Of a DNA stretch of 49,366 nt, positions 9,365-15,806 are shown one piece after another. The translations under genes were made by a program, and so were the position numbers. Position 1 is the first letter of the stretch; the number at the start of each line of letters is the position of its first letter. Under the pieces are notes generated by a model, which saw only the letters and a program-made list of their open reading frames with translations, was not told the origin of the DNA and searched no databases. Source of the DNA: Actinomycetes bacterium (GTDB lineage: Bacteria > Actinomycetota > Acidimicrobiia > Acidimicrobiales > Bog-793); assembly GCA_021798745.1 (NCBI GenBank), contig JAJZBW010000002.1:1-49366 (forward strand), written 5' to 3'.

Positions 9365-10528
9365 ATGCCCCGTCGCGCCCCGTACCTGACCTCCCGGCTC
9401 CAGGGGTTCGCGACGACGATCTTCGCGGAGATGTCCGCGCTCGCGACCTCTACGGGGTCGATCAACCTCGGCCAGGGGTTCCCGGACGTAGACGGGCCGG
9501 ACGAGGTGAAGGGCTGGGCCGTCGAGGCGATCCTCGCGGGCGAGAACCAGTACCCGCCCGGGAAGGGGATCGCCGCGCTCCGGTCGGCGGTCTCTGCCCA
9601 CCAGGCCGCCTGCTACGGGCTCGCGTACGACCCGGAGGAGGAGGTGCTCGTCACCGCAGGGGCGACCGAGGCCATCGCCGCCGCCCTGCTCGGGATGTGC
9701 GAGGTCGGCGACGAGGTCGTCGTGCTCGAGCCCTACTACGACGCGTACGCGGCGTGCACCGCGATGGCGGGAGCGGCACGACGGGTCGTGCCCCTGCGCT
9801 ACCCGGACTGGCGTCTCGACCCGGACGACCTCGACGCGGCGATCACTCCGCGTACCCGAGTCGTCGTCGTGAACAGCCCGCACAACCCGACAGGGCGGGT
9901 GCTGACCCGAGAGGAGCTGGAGCTCGTCGCGAGCCGGTGCGTCGAGAACGACCTTGTGGCGGTCACGGACGAGGTGTACGAGCACCTCGTGTACGACGGG
10001 AAGCACGTGCCGCTCGCGACCCTGCCGGGGATGCGGGAGCGGACGGTCTCTATCTCCTCCGCGGGGAAGACCTACTCGTTCACGGGCTGGAAGATCGGTT
10101 GGGCATGCGCGCCGGCACCGCTGCTCGCGGCGGTCCGGACCGCGAAGCAGTTCCTCACCTACGTGAGCGGCGCTCCGTTCCAGCATGCGATCGCGCGGGC
10201 GCTCCGGGAGAGCGATTGGCACGAGCGCGCGGCCGGGGTGCTCCGGCCCCGGCGCGACCAGCTTGCCGACGGGCTCGAGGCGCTCGGGTTCGAGGTCGCG
10301 CGCCCCGAGGGCGGCTACTTCGTGACGACCGACGTCCGATCCGTCGGGTACGACGACGGGCTGCGGTTCTGCGCGTCGCTCCCCGAGCGGTGCGGGGTCG
10401 TCGCGATCCCGAGCTCTGTCTTCTACGACGACCAGGATGCGGGTCGCCCGCTCGTCCGGTGGGCGTTCTGCAAGAGCGAGCAGGTGATCGACGAGGCGCT
10501 CGGCCGGCTCTCGTCGCTCGCGCCATGA
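9365..10528 (+). CDS. Class-I/II PLP aminotransferase (kynurenine/glutamine transaminase K, YbdL/DapC-like)
   Basis: The translation contains INLGQGFPD, NQYPPGKG, NSPHNPTG and SSAGKTYSFTGWKIGW (PLP Lys). Only the last 387 codons of the 1216-aa ORF-track frame are gene-like. The ATG is at 9365. Confidence 0.88.
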   Translation: MPRRAPYLTSRLQGFATTIFAEMSALATSTGSINLGQGFPDVDGPDEVKGWAVEAILAGENQYPPGKGIAALRSAVSAHQAACYGLAYDPEEEVLVTAGATEAIAAALLGMCEVGDEVVVLEPYYDAYAACTAMAGAARRVVPLRYPDWRLDPDDLDAAITPRTRVVVVNSPHNPTGRVLTREELELVASRCVENDLVAVTDEVYEHLVYDGKHVPLATLPGMRERTVSISSAGKTYSFTGWKIGWACAPAPLLAAVRTAKQFLTYVSGAPFQHAIARALRESDWHERAAGVLRPRRDQLADGLEALGFEVARPEGGYFVTTDVRSVGYDDGLRFCASLPERCGVVAIPSSVFYDDQDAGRPLVRWAFCKSEQVIDEALGRLSSLAP

Positions 10529-11352
10529 GGTCCACCGGGTCCCCGTCGAGGGCGCTTCGGATCGCCGCGGTCCAGTGCGATGTCGCCTGGGAAGACCGCG
10601 CCGCGAACCTCGGGCGCGCGGCGCGCGACGTCGCGGCGGCGGCGGACCAGGGGGCTCGCCTCGTGGTGTTCCCGGAGATGTTCCCGACGGGGTTCTCGAT
10701 GCGCACGGAGGTGGTCGCAGAGCCCGAGGACGGCCCGACGGCGGCCTTCCTGCACGAGCAGGCGGTGACGCGGGGGGTGCACGTCGGAGGCTCCTTCGCG
10801 TGCAGCGCCGCCGGTCGGGACCGACCCGTGAACCGCTTCCTCCTCGCCGCGCCAACGGGCGTGGACACCGTCTACGACAAGCTCCACCCGTTCAGCTACA
10901 GCGGCGAGGGCGAGCACTACGCGCCCGGGCGAGAGATCGTGACGACCTCGGTCGACGGGGTCCGGGTCACCCCGTTCGTCTGCTACGACCTGAGGTTCGC
11001 GGACGTGTTCTGGGACGCTGCAGCCGACACGGACGCGTACGTCGTGGTCGCGAGCTGGCCCGCGGCACGCAAGCAGCACTGGCGGGCGCTTCTTGCCGCT
11101 CGGGCCATCGAGAACCAGGCGTACGTGGTCGGCGTGAACAGGACGGGGACGGGCGGGGGCGTCGCGTACGAGGGGGGGAGCGTCGTGTTCGCACCCTTTG
11201 GCGAGGTCGTCGGCGAGGCCGGGACGGGTCCGGAGCTGCTCGTCGCGACGGTCGACCCGGACGAGGTGGGCGAGGTGAGGTCGCGCTATCCGTTCCTCGC
11301 GGACCGTCGTCGTGGCGAGGTGGCGCGGCGGCTGCCCGCGAGCTCCTCGTAG
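10525..11352 (+). CDS. Carbon-nitrogen hydrolase (nitrilase superfamily; omega-amidase/Nit2-like)
   Basis: The pattern LRIAAVQCDVAWED..., VVFPEMFPTGF (catalytic Glu), the YDKLHPF Lys region, and FVCYDLRF (catalytic Cys) is typical of the C-N hydrolase fold. The ATG at 10525 overlaps the aminotransferase stop as ATGA. Confidence 0.85.
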   Translation: MRSTGSPSRALRIAAVQCDVAWEDRAANLGRAARDVAAAADQGARLVVFPEMFPTGFSMRTEVVAEPEDGPTAAFLHEQAVTRGVHVGGSFACSAAGRDRPVNRFLLAAPTGVDTVYDKLHPFSYSGEGEHYAPGREIVTTSVDGVRVTPFVCYDLRFADVFWDAAADTDAYVVVASWPAARKQHWRALLAARAIENQAYVVGVNRTGTGGGVAYEGGSVVFAPFGEVVGEAGTGPELLVATVDPDEVGEVRSRYPFLADRRRGEVARRLPASSS

Positions 11353-13934
11353 AGGGCGCGGGTCTCCTCGGACGGCTCGCCTCCGTCCAGGATCGCGAGC
11401 CCGGCTTCGAGGTCGTGCCACTCCCGGCGGAGCGCGTCGGGGTCTCCCGAGAGGTCCGCGAGGATCATCGCGTCGCGAGCGAGCATCTCCGAGCACGGCT
11501 CGACGATCCGCCCCTTCGAGACCGCCCAGCTCGCGAGGTCGAGCTCGCGACCGGCGATGGCGAGGGACGCGAGGTGGTGGCTCGCGTCGACGACCGACGA
11601 CACCATGGTCGTGAGGAGGCCTCGGGACACGAGCCAGTCCCACCCGGACGGCGACTCCGAGCACGGGAGACCTCCGACGAGGTCGAGCGCGCCGGCCAGG
11701 AGCTCGATCGCCTCCGGGACCGACGACGTGCGGGCGCGCGTGGACATCTGCTCGAAACGGGTCCAGTCGCAGGTCACGCGCTCGTCGAGCCGGTAGCGCC
11801 CGCCCGAGGAGGCGGGGAGCAGGAAGCGCCCCTCCTCGTCCGTGCCGAGCGCCGATCGTGCTGCCGAGGCGACGTTGTGGACACGGCCGAGCGACGCGAC
11901 TCGGTCGCTCCGCCCGAATACCTGCTCGCGTATCGCGTCGGTCGTCGCGCCATGGCCGGCGAGCGCGAGGTAGGCGACGAGCTCGACGACTCGCGAGCGG
12001 TCCTTGCTCGCGAGCGGGGACGCAAGCCCCGTGAGCGACGGGACAGGGGCGAGCACACAGATCTCGACCTGCCCGGGCCCGGCGCGCCTCGACGGCCGGC
12101 CGGTCGACGCGACGCCAGGTGCGGGGGCGGCCGGACGCACGAGGAGGGGCCGGTCGAGGAGGTCGTCCGCGAGCGCCGCCTGGAGCGCGGTGGGCGAGCG
12201 CGCGAGCAGCTCCACGCCGTCGGGGAGCACGACGAGGGCACCGTGCTCGACGACCACGGTGACGGCGATCTCGGGACCGCCTCGGACCGAGGTCGTCACG
12301 ATCCCCGCCCTCTCCCCGATCGCCGCGCGGAGGTCCGGCCCGAGAGCGTCGGCGGGCGGACCGTCGAGGACGACGAGCACGTGCTGTGGCTCGCTGCGAA
12401 CGGCCCGGTCTGCCGCGTCGGGGAGGGGCGAGCGCGCGAGGGCGACGAGCTCCGAGGCGCTCGACGGCGCGACCGTGTGGTCGCAGCGGGACCCTGGGGG
12501 AGGGTCGACCCCGAGGAGCTCGACCTGGAGAGCGCTCGCCCACGGGAGGGTGCAGAGCGCGGTGACCATCGCGTCGAGATGGGGACGCAGGGGGGCGCCG
12601 TCCGCGCTCCGTAGGAGGAGGTGGCGACGCGGGCCGACTGCGGCGAGATAGGACGCCTCCGCGGAGTCCCCAATCGGCACGAGAGCCGGGACGTGCCGTC
12701 GGAAGCCGTCGACGAGTGCGAGGAGGTCGGCGAGCGCGATGTCGGGATCGAGCACCCAGGTCCAGCCTCCGTCGCGTGACAGGAACCCCTCGGGCGGGTC
12801 GACGACCGGGGCGTCGAGGAGGAGCTCGACCCCGTCGGGCCCGGCGCGCACGAGGCGCACCTCGGGCAGAGCGCCTCGCCGGTCGCGAAGGGCGCGCGTG
12901 AGGAGCCTGTTCGCGCCGTCCACCCAGTCGAGGAGAGTCGTGTCCGCGAGCGGGTCGAGCGCCGCCGCGGCGGAGGCGGTGTGGGGATCCCCCTCCGCGG
13001 CGCGCTCGCCCGGTCGGCGCATGCACTCGGTCGAGCGGCGTGAAGATCGGATCTTGCGCGCGAGAGCCGCGGTCGTGAGCATCCCGAGGCCGAGAATCCC
13101 GAGCTCGGCGAGCCCGCGCACGGGGATGCCGCCCGGGTGTGGCCCGGTGCTCGGCGGATCGGGGTGCCGCGTGACCTCGAGGGCCCGCTCCGTCCGCCGG
13201 GCCGCGACGACCCGCCGACGAGGCAGGCCGGTCGAGCTTCGCTCCGCCGCGCTGCGCTCGGTGGTGGCGCGCGGCATCGTCCTCGATCCTGCTCGACGCG
13301 AGACGACGGGTGCCCCGGGGGCAGAGGGGATGGCGAGCACCCATCCGGGGTACACGAGGCTCGGGTCGACGAGACGCCTCCCGTCCGGCTCGTGCCGGTC
13401 CTGGTTGAGGCGCCAGAGGGTCGTCCACTCGGCCGCGTCTCCGAGCAGTCGGGCTGCGATCGACGCGAGGCAGTCGCCGGGCCGGACGACGTAGCTGCGC
13501 ACCGCGGGGGACGGATCACCTGAGGCGACTGCGGGTGTCTCCGCGTGTGCTGCGACGGGGGGACTCGCTAGGGACGGGGCCGCGTACGCGGCGCTCGCGC
13601 CGACGGTGAGGCCCGATCCGAGGACGAGCAGGAGCCCGGCGACCCGAGTCGCCCAGCGGGCCGACCACGAGCGCGAGGGCGACGCGAGACGACCGTCGAG
13701 GGCGCGCGCGACGTCGCGTACGAGCCGGACGGCCGCGGCGCCCCACAGGGCGGCGACGAGCGCGATCACGAGGTGGTCGATCGTCGCCCGTGCGAGCCAC
13801 GGCTCGGAGGCGCGCGGAGCGGAGGGAGCCAGCGCCCAGAGCCGGGCGAGGGCGACGGGCACCCCTCCTAGGAGCACGGCGCACTTCGCGAGCGCGACGA
13901 GACCCGAGAACGTTGCTCTCGAGCGGGTCGTCAT
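11286..13934 (-). CDS. Membrane-tethered regulator: 3 TM + extracytoplasmic LysM + TM + unknown cytoplasmic region + winged-HTH/BTAD (SARP-type) C-terminus
   Basis: Hydrophobic helices lie at about aa 11-33, 53-72, 96-117 and 274-292. A LysM signature lies at aa ~147-203 (YVVRPGDCLASIAARLLGDAAEWTTLWRLN...YPGWVLAIP). The C-terminus (VEICVLAPV...SRVVELVAYLALAGHGATTDAIREQVFG...RYRLDERVTCDWTRF...) is followed by TPR-like BTAD helices ending in ALYEELAG. Confidence 0.75.
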   Translation of the reverse strand: MTTRSRATFSGLVALAKCAVLLGGVPVALARLWALAPSAPRASEPWLARATIDHLVIALVAALWGAAAVRLVRDVARALDGRLASPSRSWSARWATRVAGLLLVLGSGLTVGASAAYAAPSLASPPVAAHAETPAVASGDPSPAVRSYVVRPGDCLASIAARLLGDAAEWTTLWRLNQDRHEPDGRRLVDPSLVYPGWVLAIPSAPGAPVVSRRAGSRTMPRATTERSAAERSSTGLPRRRVVAARRTERALEVTRHPDPPSTGPHPGGIPVRGLAELGILGLGMLTTAALARKIRSSRRSTECMRRPGERAAEGDPHTASAAAALDPLADTTLLDWVDGANRLLTRALRDRRGALPEVRLVRAGPDGVELLLDAPVVDPPEGFLSRDGGWTWVLDPDIALADLLALVDGFRRHVPALVPIGDSAEASYLAAVGPRRHLLLRSADGAPLRPHLDAMVTALCTLPWASALQVELLGVDPPPGSRCDHTVAPSSASELVALARSPLPDAADRAVRSEPQHVLVVLDGPPADALGPDLRAAIGERAGIVTTSVRGGPEIAVTVVVEHGALVVLPDGVELLARSPTALQAALADDLLDRPLLVRPAAPAPGVASTGRPSRRAGPGQVEICVLAPVPSLTGLASPLASKDRSRVVELVAYLALAGHGATTDAIREQVFGRSDRVASLGRVHNVASAARSALGTDEEGRFLLPASSGGRYRLDERVTCDWTRFEQMSTRARTSSVPEAIELLAGALDLVGGLPCSESPSGWDWLVSRGLLTTMVSSVVDASHHLASLAIAGRELDLASWAVSKGRIVEPCSEMLARDAMILADLSGDPDALRREWHDLEAGLAILDGGEPSEETRALYEELAGSRRATSPRRRSARNG

Positions 13935-13940
13935 CCGGGG

Positions 13941-14780
13941 TCACCTCCGCTGCGCCGGGTAGTGGGCGACGAGCGAGTACGACACGACTGCGGCCGTGCC
14001 AACGGGCTCGGCGATCGTGACCTCGCAGTTTCCCGGCTCGCCTACCGCAGACACGTACAGTCCCGTCGTCCCCGTTGCCGACCGCGACCCGCCCGCGCAC
14101 ACGACCGAGATCCTGAGCTCGGGAGCTCCGGACCAGGCTGCGGTCGCGGAGACGACGCCGCCCGAGGTCCGGAGCGCGAACGCCGCGGACACGTCGTCCG
14201 GGTACTGGAGGTTGCCCGGCCAGGACACGGTCACGACCGCCGGCCCGGGTGGCGTGCTCGGTGGGGGCGCGCCCGCGGACGGAGCGTTAGCCGCGGGACC
14301 GGCACGCCTCGTCGGTCGCGCGCTCGGGCTCGTAGTCGCGACTGTCGACGTCCTCGTCGGAGCAGCGGTCGTCGGAGCAGCGGTCGTCGGAGCAGCGGTC
14401 GTCGGAGCAGCGGTCGTCGGAGCAGCGGTCGTCGGAGCAGCGGTCGTCGGAGCAGCGGTCGTCGGAGCAGCGGGCAGCCGCGTCGTCCCCGAGGAAAGCG
14501 GGCCCTGCTTTGTTGCATACCGCGGCGGGGCCGAGGGTGGGACGGTCGCGCTCCCCTCTCGCCTCCGGCCGCGCGAGGGCTCCGCGGAGCGCTCTCCGTG
14601 GACCCCGCTGCGGGAGGCGTGCACGGGGCGTGCGGTCGTGAGAACGACGACGGCAGCGACGGCGATGCCGAGAGCGAGCCACGAGGCGAGCTCGTGACGG
14701 GGCCGCCGCTCGTCGGCGGTGCGCCGAGCGGCGCGTCGGCGGCGTCGGCTGCCGGACGACGGTGCGGCGCGTGCGGTCAC
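13941..14780 (-). CDS. Single-pass membrane protein with (AAPTT)n linker and Cys-containing C-terminal beta-rich domain
   Basis: An Arg-rich N-terminus of ~30 aa is followed by a TM helix (LASWLALGIAVAAVVVLTTA) and then 7-8 AAPTT repeats. A ~100-aa C-terminal domain carries 2 Cys. The gene overlaps the sigma-like gene stop by 4 nt, and its own stop lies 6 nt before the start of the next gene. It sits in the anti-sigma position but lacks a canonical anti-sigma domain. Confidence 0.6.
   Translation of the reverse strand: MTARAAPSSGSRRRRRAARRTADERRPRHELASWLALGIAVAAVVVLTTARPVHASRSGVHGERSAEPSRGRRREGSATVPPSAPPRYATKQGPLSSGTTRLPAAPTTAAPTTAAPTTAAPTTAAPTTAAPTTAAPTTAAPTRTSTVATTSPSARPTRRAGPAANAPSAGAPPPSTPPGPAVVTVSWPGNLQYPDDVSAAFALRTSGGVVSATAAWSGAPELRISVVCAGGSRSATGTTGLYVSAVGEPGNCEVTIAEPVGTAAVVSYSLVAHYPAQRR
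14356..14475 (-). repeat. 15-bp tandem repeat (plus-strand unit GTCGGAGCAGCGGTC), 7 perfect copies plus 1 copy with one mismatch
   Basis: Read directly: units start at 14356, 14371, ... 14446 and are identical, and the unit at 14461 ends CGGGC instead of CGGTC. The repeat is in-frame and encodes (AAPTT)n on the minus strand. Confidence 0.95.
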
Positions 14781-15496
14781 CGAACCACCGCCTGCTCCGC
14801 GAGCCGGCGCCGGTACGCGAGATGCGACGCGCTCTCGCCGGTCATCTCGGCAAGCTCGGCGAGCCGGTACCCGTGGACGCGGGTCGCGACGAGGAGCGCG
14901 ACGTCGCGTGGGGCGACCAGCGACCCGGAGAGCAGTGCGAGCGCGTGGGCGAGCTCGCTCAAAAGGTCGACGCCCGGCGAGGGCAGGTCGTCCAGGTCGT
15001 CTGGCGATCGGCGGCGGGCGAGGTCGCGTCGGTGGCGTTCGAGGTCAGTGCGCAGCGAGCGGCGAGCCCGCTCCAGGATCACCCGACAGGGCCGCTCGAG
15101 GGTGAGCCCCGCATGGAGCCGGGCAGAGCGCCAGGCGGCGGCGACGAGATCGGACTCGAACTCGTCCCGGTCCGACCAGGGGCCGCCTTCGCCCCAGTGC
15201 AGGGATCTGGCGACGCGCGTGAGCCCGGGGATGAGAAGGCGGACGACCGTCACCCCGACGAGCTCGTCACACTCGAACTGTCGAACGAGTGCTGCGATGG
15301 CGGCGTTCACGAGATCAGGGGGAACGGCTCGCGCCCGACCGCTCGTCACGGCGACGAGCTCGGAGAGGTCGCGCGCGTCGAGGCGGGCGACGTCCGGCTC
15401 GAGCGCGGCGAGTCGATCGACGACCGCGCGAGCGCGCGGGGACGCCGCGACAAGCTCCCATCTCCGTCGGACCGTGTCGAGGGCACGCACCGTCAT
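14777..15496 (-). CDS. Divergent sigma-70/ECF-like sigma factor (region-4 HTH clear, region 2 weak)
   Basis: The C-terminus PRDVALLVATRVHGYRLAELAEMTGESASHLAYRRRLAEQ fits the sigma region-4 / LuxR-like HTH pattern. The central LIPGLTRVARSL...DEFESDLVAAAWRS loosely resembles region 2. It is the first gene of a 3-gene minus-strand unit. Confidence 0.5.
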   Translation of the reverse strand: MTVRALDTVRRRWELVAASPRARAVVDRLAALEPDVARLDARDLSELVAVTSGRARAVPPDLVNAAIAALVRQFECDELVGVTVVRLLIPGLTRVARSLHWGEGGPWSDRDEFESDLVAAAWRSARLHAGLTLERPCRVILERARRSLRTDLERHRRDLARRRSPDDLDDLPSPGVDLLSELAHALALLSGSLVAPRDVALLVATRVHGYRLAELAEMTGESASHLAYRRRLAEQAVVR

Positions 15497-15806
15497 CGGG
15501 GCGACTGTGCCACCCGCTATTCACGCGTTGCCTCACCTGTCTATTCACGGTGCAGATCACGACCTATCGGCGTGGTCCGACTGCTCACGCCTCACCTCAC
15601 GCGCTGTGATCACAGGACAGCCTGCTCGGATGATGTCGGCCCAATCGAAGAAATACCACAGCACGACAACGCATCTCCCGCGTCGTCCGGCCGCCCGTGG
15701 CACGGGAGGGAGAAGTTTCACCGTTCTTGCCTGTGCCTCGCCAAGTACTCCTTGACGCGAATAGCGCGTCGTAGGTTCACGATACGCACAGGAAGGCGTA
15801 CACAGT
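15497..15806. promoter_or_regulatory. Divergent promoter/operator region between the sigma-like gene and the adhesin gene
   Basis: This 310-bp spacer is visibly lower in GC. It carries the direct repeat CTATTCACG at 15517-15525 and 15541-15549, GCCTCACCT at 15530-15538 and 15589-15597, and a perfect 12-bp palindrome CTGTGATCACAG at 15604-15615. AGGAAGG lies ~12 nt before ATG 15807. Confidence 0.45.

Noticed and set aside
6878-10528. A 1216-aa plus-strand ORF that would suggest a giant protein spanning the ALDH, ald and aminotransferase genes.
   Set aside because: Only the last 387 codons (from ATG 9365) look like a real protein, a class-I aminotransferase. The upstream part is an off-frame read-through of the ALDH and ald genes. 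The same logic applies to 18131-20872 (pirin), 9697-11352 (hydrolase), 39942-42959 (kinase) and 41867-44800, whose real part starts at 42947.
14356-14475. Regular short repeats that could be mistaken for a CRISPR array.
   Set aside because: The units are only 15 bp and directly abutting, with no spacers. They are in-frame within a coding sequence (AAPTT repeats), and there are no cas genes in the window.
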